This document shows, one piece after another, positions 1-14,420 of a DNA stretch of 64,000 nucleotides (positions within the stretch are counted from its first letter, which is position 1; every line of letters starts with the position of its first letter). This stretch comes from Azolla caroliniana. Its lineage: Eukaryota > Plantae > Polypodiophyta. Under the pieces are notes generated by a model. That model saw only the letters and a program-made list of their open reading frames with translations. It was not told where the DNA came from and did not search any database. The stretch is from assembly GCA_043228905.1 (NCBI GenBank), contig JBHGNT010000003.1:25854001-25918000 (forward strand), in the 5' to 3' direction. A program made the translations under genes and the position numbers.

Positions 1-2886
1 TTCAGGTCATATCTTTGGATAGTGATGATATTGAGTTTGATATGGTCGGCATCGATGCTGCTGTGGCCAATGCATTCAGAAGGATTTTGATTTCAGAGGT
101 TTATGGAGTTCTCTCTTTTATTACTTGAAACATAGGTTTTATGAAACATCTGAAATACCTTTGAGTATATATCCCCCCCTTCCTCCAAAAACAAATATGG
201 AAAAATAAAAAACAAAACATTCGGTATAGGCATTTTGCGATTTCCCCAAACACCCCTTGGTCAACCCCTTGAAAGAGCAATTGCAAATTCTGTTTTGGAG
301 CAATTGTATGGCCAATTCATCCTTTTTTCTCTTTCTTGGGAATTGACCAAGGGCGTTTCAGGAAATAACAGAAGCCCAACGGTGTATTTGGGGATTTTCC
401 CTTGGTTTTATATGAACTGCCTTGCTGATCTCTTTTTAAACACTTCACTTGCGAAAGATTCCCACAATGGCAATTGAGAAAGTTTTTGTTGCTGACAACA
501 CATCTGTCATCCAAGATGAAGTCCTGGCTCATCGTCTAGGACTAATCCCTATCAAAGTTGATCCCAGATTATTTGAGTACAAGTCAGGTAGTGATGTGAT
601 TATACTTGGTTTGGCAAAGTGGTCATATCCTATCTGATCTTTCCTTATTTCACAGAAAATGATCTGGCCAATGAAAAAAATACTATTGTCTTCAAGTTGA
701 ATGTTGTTTGCACTAGGCAAGATGGACGCGTAAAGAATGCAACAGGTATGTCCTTGTTTCCAGTGTTGAACTTAATAACAAAATCGGGATGCTGTAGTAG
801 TTACTCAAAACTTCATCTTATTTTTCTTATGACGTTTTCTGGATAGTCTGTCCTGTCATGTTAAGCAAACCCTAAACCCAGAAACGGTTTGGTGTTTGCT
901 AGATCTGACAATTCTATATAATATTACAAGAGTTGCATTGAAGTCTATACTGGTCTCTTTTGTAATGAGATTTTTATTGAATTGATGATCTAAGAGTATT
1001 TATTTATCAAGAGCATATCATGGAATTTCGCAGTTAGATCTGATCAATTACAGTGGTTGCCAAATGGGAGTGAGTTCGAGGTTCCATCTGCTGATAAGGG
1101 CAAGAAGACCTATACATCTTTTTCCTGCAGTCAAGACACCTTACCTCCTCTCAAGAAGGATCCAATTATCCCACGATATCCAGATATCACTCTCGCTAAG
1201 CTACGACCTGGTCAAGTCAGTAGATCTTGTTTGAATTGTTTTTATCATTTGTTGAAGCTATAACCTATAGATCAGAATGCAATCAATTTAGATCTTGACC
1301 TTATCCAAATATTTCCAGAACCTTTTATGCTCGTTGATTGTATTTTAGTTGTGATGGATTTATTGATTGTATTTATGTTATGTAGCTTGTTTTCAATTTA
1401 AATTAATTTTGCTCATTCTGTGAAGTTTTGCAGTGCATTGAATTGGAAGCTCATGCAGTCAAAGGTATGGGTAAAACACATGCAAAATGGTCTCCTGTGG
1501 CAACTGCCAGATACAAGATGCTTCCAGAGGTAACCTTTACTCTGCAAGTGAATTTAAGTGGTTTATGTATATGAGGATTTCATGACTATCTGTGTGATAG
1601 ATGTTTGTTAACATCACTCTTCTATATGAGAATGATAAAGTTGTAGATGATCAGTCCTATGGAGGTGATCCATGGAATAGATTAAGTTATATGTGTAATG
1701 GAGAAGAGATAACTGAAACAAGTGGTAACTTGCCCATTATATGTATATATGTCCACAAATGGTTGGTCTATTCCTTCACCATAGCCATTCATCATTGTGG
1801 CCTAGGATAGCCTTGAGTAACTCTAGTAATAACAACATGGTTTACTATTGCCGAATAATGAAACTATAATTTCAATGTTTGTAACAAAATGTTTTACTCT
1901 CAGGTTGTTCTTCTCGAGGATCTGCGGGATGATCTAGCAGAGGAGCTTGTTCAGAAATGCCCTGTGAATGTGTTTGATATTGAAGATCTGTCTAATGGTA
2001 GAGAAACCTGATGAGCATTATTAGAAACCATTTATAATGCCTTGTATTATTTGGGACAAACTTAAAAATATCCCTGAGTTCTCTTTATTTTCTCAAAACC
2101 TCGAAATATGTAGGGGCATTTCTGCAAATATAAAAACTCAGGGGTACATTGGAGTTTCCTTACTGTTTTTTGTTGAAGAGAGTTGACCCTTGTTTCTTAC
2201 AATTGGCAGGCAGGAAGAAAGCTGTTGTAGCTCGCACACGAGACTGTACACTATGCAGGGAATGTGTGATCGGAGAGGGATGGGAGAAGCGTGTACAATT
2301 ACGTCGTGTGAAAGAACACTTTATATGTATGGTGTATGGTTTTCTTGTTATTTGTAATAAACAGGAAAGAAATTGTAAAATTCTAAGATGTATGTTTGTG
2401 GTTTTTCTGTTAAATATATAATAGGAAAAATCTGCTTGTGATCCTCAGATAGTCAAAAAATGTAGTGCTTGGTTTTTCAACCAATATTAAACGATTCTGA
2501 CCCTCAGAGATTCCAAATAAATGGTGTCTTTGGTCTTTGTCAAAATTATTTTTATGTGCTTGTTGTAAAGGTGATTCTCTAATGTGGTGACAAAAGAGCT
2601 CTCCCACTTCTCTCTTTTTTTTTATCATATATTAGCTTGCTCTAGTAGTAATTTGTTAGACTACTAGGTCCAGGTCTTGGGTTCCAGGGTCAAATTTCTC
2701 AGCTCTCTATTACTCCATAGATATCCTCTTAATTTACTGTATGCCACAACTGGAAGCTGATATTTATCGTATTTGTTTACAGTTTCTGTGGAGTCGACAG
2801 GAGCTCTACCACCAGAAGTATTGTTTGTTGAGTCAGTCAAATTGTTAGAGGAAAAATGTCAGAGGATTTTGGCAGAGATTTCTTAA
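1..2886 (+). CDS. RPAC1: DNA-directed RNA polymerase I/III shared subunit AC40 (RPAC1/RPC40), 5'-truncated by the window edge; 8 exons visible
   Basis: GT-AG exons with continuous frame: <1-98, 458-587, 656-745, 1034-1215, 1434-1529, 1904-1997, 2210-2326, 2783-2886 (TAA). Peptide motifs [103 protein letters not shown] are typical of the alpha-like RPB3/AC40 family, AC40 type. Confidence 0.95.
241..366. mobile_element. Fold-back (MITE-like) inverted repeat in RPAC1 intron
   Basis: tttccccaaacaccccttggtcaaccccttgaaagag (241-277) is the imperfect reverse complement of ctctttcttgggaattgaccaagggcgtttcaggaaa (~329-365). Confidence 0.5.
2630..2752 (+). mobile_element. Degenerate dispersed repeat, probably a tRNA-derived SINE, in the last RPAC1 intron
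   Basis: Shares gtaa(a/t)ttgttagactactag, ctctc.attact.cat and ctcttaatttac with 14300-14420, and ctagt.gtaa..ttgtt / gtcttgggttc with the copies at 35770-36350. Confidence 0.5.
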
Positions 2887-5800
2887 GCATCTAGGAAACT
2901 AACCATGATGTATGTTCAAGACACGGGTGTATATTAACGGCTATGTCAGATGAATACTGAAGAAAAGCTGACAAATTTATCAGTGAGGATTTCAGGTATA
3001 TGTAACCATGTTTGGTTGTGTTCATTATCCAATGCGTGTTCAGTGGGAAAGCAATGTGTTGAGAAAATGTGCTCATTGTCACAGGGATGGTCATCTGCAA
3101 ACTTCTTGGTTTACCATATAAGTTTGTGTGGTGTTGTACAATGGAAGTGTAAACTATCCTAGAGTAAAATATTCTAAAACATGTTATTTGTTCATGGGAA
3201 ATGCTTAATGGTGAAGTTATGGATCAACTCATTTTAGATGTCAGTTTTAACGTAATATTCCATTTGAGTGTGAGCATGTTTATAGCATACTGATGACTAT
3301 ATAGTGAATGATGAATGATCCTCTGTCACTCTATTGTTTTCTTTACATGGTAATGAGCAAATCCAAGCAATACTTATGCTGGCTTTCATGTAAACGCAAT
3401 CCTCTTGACTTGAGCAGATTTATAGCGGGGCATGATTGAATGGATGCCATTCCAACAATCAAATGTTTTCATTGTGCCAATAGGCAAACCGAAGTCAAAG
3501 CATATTTCTTGTCTTATATATAGAAGAAGGTTTATGCATACATATTGTAATGCTAGAAATTTTATATCAGTTCAGGTTTGTGTTTAGGTTAGAGTCTTTG
3601 CAAAGGGGGTCACAGTAAAGAATCTGAGTGGATCCTGAAAGTGGATCTTGTCAGACGATCCTGAAAATTAATTTCCTCTAGCCCATGAAAAAAAAGATGC
3701 TTGGATTGACTTGGCTACTTCATAGTGGCAGTTTCCATTGTTGTATAACCTAAGAATTTTTAAACCCCATGTGGGTTTATTTAGAACTGTATGGAGTCCA
3801 TATAACTGCCATTGTTGTTTACCCTAAAATTGTAATTCCTATGTGTTTATTTAGAGCAATATGGTCTCCATATACCTTATCTATCTATATATTCTTGTTT
3901 AACCTAAAATTTATGTGGTATGCCAAGTATGGCTAAAGTGGAATTGTTATAGCTCCAGCCTCTTTGTGTGGTCATTTGGATAATCTGCCAAAATATCGTT
4001 CTCTTTGGTAATATAATCGGGAGTGTAATAGGTCTTTGGTAACATAATCGGGAGTGTCATAGGTCAATTTATAGTCTCTAACACCAACTTTGAATCCAAC
4101 CAAGTGGATTGGTCAGAAAAGGAACAATCTTAGAAGTTTGTTGATATGGCAGATGAGACTCCTAAAGTTTAAACTGTCTGTAGCACTCATAGCCATGGCT
4201 CTGGCTTCATTATTACCCAACAACTGTTCTGACGAGTAACATAACATGAAATTAATTTGTCACGAAAAGATTTTACTGGATTGCAAAAGGCTCATAGAAG
4301 TTTTTTCCATTCTGTACAGTGTATTGAATGAGCATTATTAAGAAAATCACACGGAGTAGATGAAGCAGAACATCTGGTTACCAACGTCGTACAACATGTG
4401 ATGTTAACATCTACAGTACTACGAGAAAGGAAGGCATTAATGTCTACTGTACTAACAAGGGTGACTACAAAATATGGGTGAATTCAGTCTTTTATACAAA
4501 CAATTAAATATAAGTTCCATGATCATTCTCCGAATGTGATTAAATGATTTTTGAGAAGTGTCATATTCCTTGGTACTTTTGAAGCTTTAAAATCAGATTT
4601 CCTTGTGCATGCATTAGTAATGGTTAATTCACTATGCTTTTGAAACGCAGGCAGCAATATTTGGTTCCTTAGGCTTCAATTTGGAAAATGTGTACATTAT
4701 TGGGCAGCAAGTTCTTCAGGTCGACCCAGGGTATCATCTCCAGTACATGCATTACATGCTCTTACACATTGACTGCAGCCAATACAGCTATCATGTACTT
4801 TAAACGTGCCAAAGGATTATATACCTTAACCTACCATATGTGGATTGACGCCTACAGATGATCATTTTACTACAGTATCTATATATAGAATGCCAAAAAA
4901 AAAGAAAAAAAAAATTGATACCACAATTTGAAATATTGCTTCTGTCATCATGGCTGGTGTTGGCAATTCAATACAGATGCTTCTCGATATCATACATAAC
5001 TACTGTACGCTATTATTGCCCACATGTACATGGGGATGTGTGGAGCCCATATGGGAGCAAGGATGACCATGATATTGAAAAACCATGCCTTTGTATGGGA
5101 CTCTTATACGTGACATGTGCCTGTTGGATCTGTCATTCTAGCACAGATAGAGAAGCAGTCACTGATGCCTCTTAGATATACATAGGAATCCTTGAGAAGA
5201 GACATTGGGAGAAGTTTGACACAATATTGTCTGTCACAGGCTTAATATTTGTCTCTTATCATTTTGAATCTTCCATCTGTTAAATCAATGATCATGCCAT
5301 GTACAGCACAAGGTGGCATAAAACAATACACTATTTTTTGGAAAAAAAAAACAATACACTATTTTTTGGAAAAAAAAACAATACACAACATACAACAAAT
5401 CAGATTCTCCTTGACATATATATCACAAATTATACATATACATTATTTGGAATCAGAATATCCTGATATTTGGATGTGTAAACATTTAGGTTGTCAATTC
5501 AACCAAATAACAAAGAAGTGTGTAAAGCTACTCCAAGAATTGAAGATGCTCATTCATAAAAATCACCCTATCATGAATCCCCTCGCGCATATTTTACACT
5601 CATAATTTCTGTGACAGATTGTGTTCACAGCCAAAGTAAGATCCAGTCACTGTTACATTCATTTGCACAGAAAAAAATATAATGACCATTATAGAAGTTC
5701 GGTAATGGTCTTGTAATAATAATAATTAAAAGAGGGCCCTCCCTTTAATCCACCTGTGAGAAGGCCCTCATCTGGAAGAAGAAATTGTATTGAGCACAAA

Positions 5801-5895
5801 TAATCATGTAATTCAAAAAACAGAAGTTAATTTGGGCGGCAAGAACTTCTCTTCAAAAAACGAGGGAACCTTACCAAACATAAACATTATTTGAA

Positions 5896-8800
5896 TCAGC
5901 AAACTTTCATTGTCCTATGCAGAGGACCAGATGGATTTAAGATTTCTGGTGTGCTTTCTGTTGTCTTGGATATAGCCTCGACATCAATCCGTTCAGTAGA
6001 AGTCTTATTGGATTGCAAGGCTTCTTTAAAATACTGCAACTCCTGCATTAGAATGATCTCACATCAATGGCTCTTAACTGCAATCTAGAACATTATTCAA
6101 ATAAAGCAATAACCAATATGAGAATGTTTCACTTTCTATAACAGGCTGCACACATGTCAAACTCCATTTTATATCCACTATTTATACCAAGACAATGACA
6201 GATTTTCTTGTGCATTATGTAATTAAATAGATACTGGCTTTCTTATACCTTTAGACCACCAAGTCCAATTGCAGATGCAGGCGATCGTTCCAACCTCGCT
6301 TTCCCTGAAAATGACTGCATCGAAAATGGATTCAAGAGAATTCCTCCAAATAAAATTTATGACAACTAACTAATTCAATTGATCCATAACAATGTATGTG
6401 AAACTGGCGGGGACATGAATGATGCAATTATTTTCTTCAAAATATATTCACTCTTTCTGCCGTTTCTGAGGTGTGGGTGCAGCTTCTAATCTTTCAATCT
6501 ATCATATCTTGCCAAACTTACAAGTTGAACCACTTGGATTCCCATCTTATCCACGGTTTCTCAGGTATTGCAGAACAATGAGTGCAAGAAAGAAAATTGA
6601 TGAAAAACAGTAATAGATACACATAACCCACAAACATCTCTGCAAATATGTCAATGTAAATGACTCCTTTGAAGTGCTGGAACATCAGTATGCCCAGAAC
6701 ATCAACGCGATGAGCTAGTGCATATCATCAATCCTTGAAAAGAGAAGACTTAACATCCACGTTTTACTCATTCAGAAGCATGAGGGCCAACAATTTTCAA
6801 TCTATCCGATTTTGGAACAGTGACTAATAAGAGCATAGCATTATGCCTCAACCCACAAACATCACTCTGCAAATATGTCAATGCAAAAATGACTCTTTCG
6901 AAGTGCTGGCACATCAGTATGCCCAGAACATCAAAATGATGAGCTAGTGCATATCATCAATCCTTGAAAAGAGAAGAGTTAAAATAATTCTTGATCTATC
7001 CGATTTTGGAAAAGTAACTAGCAAGAGCATAGCATTATGCATCATTGTGTGCTTAAAGAATTTTGTTTGGGTTGATAGATCACCTTAAACCCTAAACCTA
7101 TCTTATCTGCATCTTACAGTCCAGATTCAAAAAGTCTTCAAGTCCAGTCAGCCTCAATGCTAGGTTTCCATCAATGTATTATTTTTCAAGGAAGCCATTT
7201 CTGTGGTGGATCTCATTGAAAGAAAATATTCATTAAGCAATCAACTACCAAGCATCCAAGAATCAAGAACTAATCATTTGAATCCTTTTACCTGGGCATG
7301 TTTCTGATTGAATGCTAAATAATTGGATATCAAAAGGTTGGATTTAGAAGTAATGTTTACCTGTAGAAGCTCTGGCTTTTGTGAGCCCGCCCCAGCTAGA
7401 CCTTGGACAAAATGGCACAAATATACAACCCCAGCATTAGTAAGATCCTGCAAAAGGGACATCAGCATTAGCCAAATTATAAAGCCATCTAATTTCTGTC
7501 AAACAAAAGAAGAAAAACAGCCTGAAACTTACTTGCTTTCCTTCGATTTTGTCAATCTTGGATCCCTGTATCAATTCCAGTCATAACACATGTCCAAATT
7601 TAATTTGAATTCAATTTAAAGAATCATTTGGAATATTAAACAAAAATATAAAGATAAGATACAGACCAGACCCTCAACAAGGCGTTGAACAAAATTTATA
7701 TCTAGTCCCATTTGAGCCAAATCCTCACGAACTTCCCCAACCTTTAATAGTGCACCAGATGAAATGATTGTCTTAAACAAATAAAAAAATTAAGGATTCT
7801 TGACAAAACATGTTAATGCACCGTACTTCCAATCTTATAGCACCAGTTATTTCTTTCTGTTCGTCCATTTTTTCATTGAGCTTTTCCATACGTTGAGATA
7901 GATGCTTTTTTGCAGCCTGCAGAGTAATGCCTGAAAAATAAGCTTTGCAATAACCATCATTCAAGGAGCAAAATGATTCAAATCAAGCGCCCAAAACTTA
8001 CAGCAAGTGCTGTAGACACTTGATCTAGCTGTTTGTTGAAATTAGATACTGCATTGGCCATACTCTTCTTGGTTACATACATGATGTCAGAAAAGGACCA
8101 ACCCTAAAATAGATACGTTAAAATAGTAAGCACTCTCATCAATCAAACAGGATACTACACATAAAGCACATAGTGATCTTCTATCTAAAGGAATATCATA
8201 TAAGTTTATAAAATAATTTTCACTGGCAATGAATTGACTCATTTTAGGTTACCTTCCACCACATATAGCCATATCCAGCTGCACTTAGGACAGCTAGTGG
8301 AACAATGTAGGATACAAGATTGTCTGCAAGCTCAACATGTTAAACTCAGTGTGGAATTACACAATTTCGCTTAAATATCATGATATAAAAATACTCCAAT
8401 TCAAGTCATTCATTACAATATTGATGTTTCCTCTATTCATAAAGGTATTCGACCACACATGGTGAAGGGCATCAATTCTACTAATAAAGGTATTAACTCA
8501 GATCACTGATGGCAAAGTGATCAGTTCTGCGTGAGCTCACAAGATAGTAGACTATTCTATTTATGAGACCCACTACAGAACCGCATGCAAATGATACCAA
8601 AGAGATTCCAGCATAATGGCAACCTCCACCACACTAAAAACCATCCTTTGGGATTGATTTTAGGATTAGAAGTTTACTCTTTTACATGATTCACATCATG
8701 AAACTCATCACTGATCAAATCAGAGTATTCTGATTTTTGACACAGTAGAGATCAGGGCAGGCAGGGTACCAGAGATGGCTACAAGACAATAGAGGATGGG

Positions 8801-11800
8801 CCATTTGGTATGGGCCAATAGAGTATTCACAATAGAGGATGGGCCCATACCAGAATTCAGTCAATTGAAGTTCGGAATGTAACATTTTAACCTCATAGCC
8901 ATTCTGGCATTCTGAAAGGTATTAATATCATTCTCTCCTCTCACCGCAGCTCTACATAAAACATTATTTTGGTAGACAAGTTAGTTACCATACTGTTTTG
9001 GTCTGATGCATTCACAACTGTGATTTGCCTTCCACCATATAATTGTCGAACTTCTTGAGCTAAGCGCACAATCTATAATTTAAAAACAAAAACATTGTTG
9101 AATTGTTTTTAAGCAAGGTATAAACAAATTCATAAGATGAACTTTACTATGAATATGTCAATTAGTAAGTATGAGCAGCAACTCATTTTTATTATACAAT
9201 CCATTTGACCAGTGAGTAGAGTGCAAATAACATTCAAACTGATCTAGATATTGAAGGATCATGCCATTGAATTAGAACTAGAAGAAAATTATAGAAAATC
9301 AATTGTGAACAACTATCATCCCCAAACAATCATTTTTAACTACAAGCTTACCCTTCAATAAACATATAGAAACAGAATTTGTCGTGAGCTTTCTCGTGAG
9401 GCATGGCCACATCATTCTTAGACAATCGTGTCATTACCAGGAGGCAACATTTGTATCTGAACTAGGCTTCAATAATGACTATGCATTCATAAATGAGCTA
9501 TTTGAAATATAAACGTACCATGCTATTATTGATTATGTCCATTACAATGATGATGTTATACAGAATACATCTACATTAACTGTTACATATTCTGATTCTT
9601 AATATTGACATAATACTTGATATTATGGATTGCTTGCAAATTTCTACAACCATTGGTCTCATCTGGTTGTCCAATACAGACTATTCCCATGGCCATCAGA
9701 TAGTGTCTTGTACAAATTATGAAGTTTCAAGGGGTAAAACGAAAATTTATGAAACACTTGTGTCTTCAGATCTAGCCATCAATCTATAATAAGGACGATT
9801 TAGGACTTTCATACCATCTTTGGCTTTGCCTAAAGACTTTGAAAGCCTTTAACACTAAACTTAATGCAATACTTTGTGGAAACTGATAAATATGTCCCGT
9901 TTCATGTTCACAATGAGAGTGAAGACCTATTTATATTCATGACTTCCGTAAATTAATCATAGTACATGGTATAGTGGAGACTTCACATGGACACCTCAAG
10001 AAAATTCATAAATTGTAGTCTGGCTACTCTGACATTAGTTCAACAAGAAAACATTATTTCTAGAACCTGATTCCGCTGTTACAAATCCTCCTATACTAGC
10101 ATGTAACAATGATATGCAGAGCCGATATGCTGCTTAAATGTAACCAACTACTATAATGATTTCATTTGTATTACTGTGGCTAACTTTGCAACCTGGTATT
10201 TTACCTTGACTCTCTCCAAAACCTTTTACCACAGCTTGACAATGTTTGTCAGTCCTATGATTTTCTTAAGATAAATCAAATATGAATATGAATGCAAATT
10301 ATGTTAAAAATCTTTGTATATCTGCTGTATGCACCACGGATAATTTTAGGGGGTTAACTAAGTGGTATACAGTACACTGTTGACCACACTGAGTTAATCA
10401 TGTCACCTCATTATTTGTTTATTTCATAATTAAGATAAGTCCCCTATGCATTTTAAATGCATGGTGCTGAAAATTTTGAAATAACGTCCAAAATTAAAGA
10501 TCTATCTTTTAGGTTTTACAGTCACAATTCTCCCTCCACATCAGAGCGAAATCAACACACAAAACACCCATACCTGAGCCTGAATAGCAGCATTCTCAGA
10601 ATTCTGACCTCCAGTATCACCTTTCTGTCCTTTGAATAATATTTCCTGTTAAAAGCATGATGTTGATGGTAAGATTCATATAAATTATTATACCATCAAC
10701 ATGCATGTTATATTATACAGATGCATACCATTCATTCTATACAACAGACATAAAAAAACTATTATAATGGTAAAATGCATCCAATTTACTGATTCCCTTT
10801 CCTTCAGCAAAATCAAGATTCAGGAGCCATTGAAATTCAAGCAACAAAGAGGTCAAATTGACTCCAATCTTAGGGAACTGCTTAATCAGTTTATAGTTTT
10901 GAACTTATGTGACCAGTTATGGATGCAATTTATAATTATTCTCTGAATCATAACTTGGAGTAGCCTTCAAGCCAGTATATCTCTCATAAAAATTATTAAC
11001 CCGTACATGCTTCACAGTGGTATCCAGGACTTCTTTTATTTCATTACTATTTCATGAAGAGGTTTCGATGACAATGAAAAGCTTCAAAATGCACCTGTAT
11101 ATTTGCAATAGCATCTGATAAGGTAGCTTTTCCCAAGACCATATGTCCTGTCACACCTGCAATATTGAAGTACTTAAAATACCACTTCAGAAAACATTGA
11201 CAGTTCCCAGAATGATCCAAAAGTGAATATTTCAGGTATATCCTACAAAAGTCCTTTCTTAAATAAAAAGGACATAGAATAATGAGTAGGACATTATCTA
11301 AACAATCTCAATAAAGTGAAATTGAAATAGTAGTCTAGATAAGCCTAATAGAACAGACATCCAACACATTACAGAGCCTGGAAGGCATCCCACACAGTGT
11401 TTCAGTTTTCAATAGTGATCCAAAGAAGTTTATCACTTAACATAACAATCTACACAAATTGCAGCAGATGAGCAATGATATTTCATCTGCAAACAGAAAA
11501 AATATGTCTAATAGAGAGTAATTGCATGATGCTGAGAATATTATATTCAGGATGTATTTCAGTTTGCTTCCACATTGACCAAAAGTGAAATTTTTCATCA
11601 TCTTCACATAGGGATCTACAGGATGTGTTTCAGTTTTCTTATTTTAAATGACATTTTTAATCATCTTGGGGTAGGAAACTGCAGGACGCATTTCAGTTTT
11701 CTTCCACATTGATGCATGTGAAACTTTATCATCGAAACATAATAACCTAGAGAAATTGCAATTATAAGTAAAGATATGAGGCTTGCTTTCCAAAAGAAAA

Positions 11801-13042
11801 TGCAATTTGCAGCCAATTAACAAAGGTAATTGGGATCAACGAGAAAGAATTACACTTTTCACCATCTTGATATAAAAATCTAGAAATGTATTTTTGTTAA
11901 CATCTTGGTTCAAGTTAGACTTCATCGCCTTAATAAAATTATCTTTGGCAATTGCAACAGATTAGCGAATATATATATATATATATAATGATCTACAAGA
12001 TTTTGACATTCACAACAGTTGTCAAAGATATACATTGATCTACACTAGATGAAATTATGCAATTCCTAACCAAAGATGCACAAATCTATAAAAATTGACG
12101 TTTGCAGCAGAATTGCAACTGAATATGAGCAAGTTACACAGCAAAGCACGTCGTATTTGAAGAACCATCAAATGATGTGAAAGGTTGGAGCTACAACAGA
12201 AGGAAAAATAATATGCACAGAATCTCCTCTCACCTAAACAAAAAGCTACTCAAAATGTAGAATTTCACAATTTAACAATCAAGTGTTTTGAGTTTGCAGC
12301 AGAATGAAAAATATATATGCTGAGTACCACGTTTCACTTAATGAAACAACTACACAACATAGAAAGAGTTTTGAAAATCAATCATAAGAAGTTTGTGGAA
12401 ACTCAAACAATAAGAATGGTTCAATCTTCAAAAGAAAGAGCAATGACCTTATACAAAGAAGCACAGGACTTGCAAACATTAGATGCCAAGAAGAAGGTCG
12501 AATCTACACCAGAATGAGCAAATATATGCAAAAACAACCCTCACCTAGAAAAAACTAAATTGAACTACAAATTTGCAAGGATCAGACAATGACTAGGCTA
12601 AATTTTCAACACAATACAGATTTGCATGGATCGAAGTTGGACAGAAACAAAAGACGCAGAATTTTGAAGGATTGGCTGATGCAAAAGAAGATTGAATGCA
12701 TGACAGAATGAGAAAAAATATGCAAGAAAAACAAATCATAGAATATGCATGGATCAATTGAGAATATACTGAATTCTGCAATAGAATGAGTGTAGATATG
12801 CATCTCAATGATCGAACAATGAAAAAAGGTTAAATCTTCAAAACATATGCAGAATATGCAAGGACCAAGCGATAATAGAACGGTTGAGAGTGCAAATATG
12901 CACAATTGTGAAGGATTAAAAGATGAGGAAATATCAAACATAGAACAGAATCAGCAGAGACAAAGGAAATTTCGCAATAATTACCAGCACCAACTACAAG
13001 AATGATGACTTTCGAAGTCGCGATTCCTGTCTGAGTTGCCAT
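5896..13042 (-). CDS. DUF1664 family protein (plant coiled-coil/membrane-anchored protein), 12 exons
   Basis: Exons in transcript order: 13042-12985, 11156-11095, 10645-10574, 9072-8994, 8323-8253, 8103-8002, 7916-7827, 7741-7667, 7565-7533, 7447-7361, 6314-6249, 6042-5896 (TGA); all GT-AG with matching phases. Motifs MATQTGIATSKVIILVVGAG, LAQEVRQL, GYGYMWWKGWSFSDIMYVTKKSMANAV, AAKKHLSQR, KQDLTNAGVVYLCHF are characteristic of DUF1664. Confidence 0.92.
6625..7042. repeat. Diverged ~225-bp tandem duplication in DUF1664 intron 10
   Basis: aacccacaaacatc...tgcaaatatgtcaatg...gaagtgctgg.acatcagtatgcccagaacatc...gagctagtgcatatcatcaatccttgaaaagagaaga...agagcatagcattatgc occurs at ~6625 and ~6850. 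Confidence 0.85.
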
Positions 13043-13286
13043 AGTCAAATGGAGAGGAGTAATATTTCCTTCTGGTTTTTATCTCTTTATTATTCTCTTC
13101 TTCTTTCTTCTCCTTCTGATTCTGCTTCTTCCTTCTCCTTCTTCTTTTTGTCTCCGTCTAGTTTCTTTTTTCTTTCTTTATTCTGCTATTTCGTTTTCTA
13201 TTTATCTGTTTCTGTTTCTGTCTCTGTCTCTTTCTTCTTCGCTGTTTCTTCCTTGTGATTCTTTGGATTGCTTGTGGCGATCAGAC

Positions 13287-13295
13287 AAACCCTAA
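13287..13295 (+). promoter_or_regulatory. Telo-box (AAACCCTAA) ~245 bp upstream of the DUF1664 ATG
   Basis: Exact AAACCCTAA motif next to the CT-rich 5' leader; function is inferred only. Confidence 0.35.
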
Positions 13296-14299
13296 TCCAC
13301 ACACGCAGGAGACGACCTTGTTGCCTTCGAAAGTTTAGACGTGTATATGTTTCTTCCTTGCTTTTCTTTATACTTTCGAAATATATTATGTATTACAAGT
13401 TACAACCCCCACACCCAAATTAACGTAAAGTCAGTCCATTTGGGGAGGGGCCGGGGGGACCATCCATTCTTCCAAATAAAAATACACGATCCATTTTCAT
13501 TACTAGACATTGTACTCTAGTGAATAACCTCTTGATGGGTGTCCGTTCTTGACAAGGTAAAATCTTAAGCAGATTGAGAGCTTACCATCGTGATTTAAAT
13601 GGACCACCCTCCACATGTCTCAACCACAGCACTCTTTTGTAAGAGAAACAAATCTTGTAGGTGGGCCTCTGTGTGAAACCACCTACCTACATGCACGTGG
13701 TCTACTATCTAAACACACTAACATAGCCACAACCTAACGTCTGATATCATTACATCTGGCATAGCCACAACCTAACGTCTAGTATCGTTACATCTGGCAT
13801 ATGTGGGATTGTGCCCAACTCCAACCGATGGCATGTAACCCTCTACCCATTGAAAGTACAACACTTATCAACTAATATCGATGATAGTAAGTGCTCACAA
13901 TAATGTTTCAAAGAAGTGTGACATTCATCGACGTGAAGCCACCATTATCAACGAGTGGGAGTGGCAAATTGCACATCGAGTATGTGTTTGCAACCACTCC
14001 CTTGTAGGTGACCAATGACTGCCTCTTCCAAATTCAATGTCCCTACTAGGTTCATGATGAAGTACGTAAAGTAACAATTGATCACTGGATGTTGAGAACC
14101 TTGTCGATGTTACCAACATTGGCCCAAGGTAACAAGGAGGAGAAGACCTAGAAAACTCGAGGAAACACCCTAGGAGAAAGTGAATACCTTTGAGCTAGAG
14201 CCTGCTTTGTTTTCACTTTCACCTTTTAGTTAGAGCCTAATTCTCTCTCGCACGTAGTCTCTCTCACTTTGCCACTCTCTCCCTGTCTTTTTTTATCGT

Positions 14300-14420
14300 A
14301 ACTCGCCTACCCTATTGGTAAATTGTTAGACTACTAGCCCTAGTTAGCATCTCAACTTTCACACCTCTCCATTACTTCATTCATATATATTCTCTTAATT
14401 TACCAAACGTCGCAATGGAA
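14300..14420 (+). mobile_element. Second degenerate copy of the SINE-like dispersed repeat
   Basis: ggtaaattgttagactactag...ctctccattacttcat...ctcttaatttac matches 2640-2740. Confidence 0.45.

Noticed and set aside
3000-5850. Short ORFs between RPAC1 and DUF1664 and in other AT-rich intergenic or intronic regions
   Set aside because: No recognisable domains, no consistent exon structure and low-complexity composition; treated as chance ORFs.
6660-6970. Duplicated intronic segment as a C/D-box snoRNA pair (TGATGA...CTGA on the minus strand; gcccagaacatc complementary to an 18S rRNA stretch on the plus strand)
   Set aside because: The boxes and the putative guide are on opposite strands, the C-D distance is only ~46 nt, and a 12-nt rRNA match is expected by chance in 64 kb.
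867-7100. aaaccctaaacc motifs at ~867 and ~7087 as interstitial telomere arrays
   Set aside because: Fewer than two full repeats; at most isolated telo-box-like motifs.
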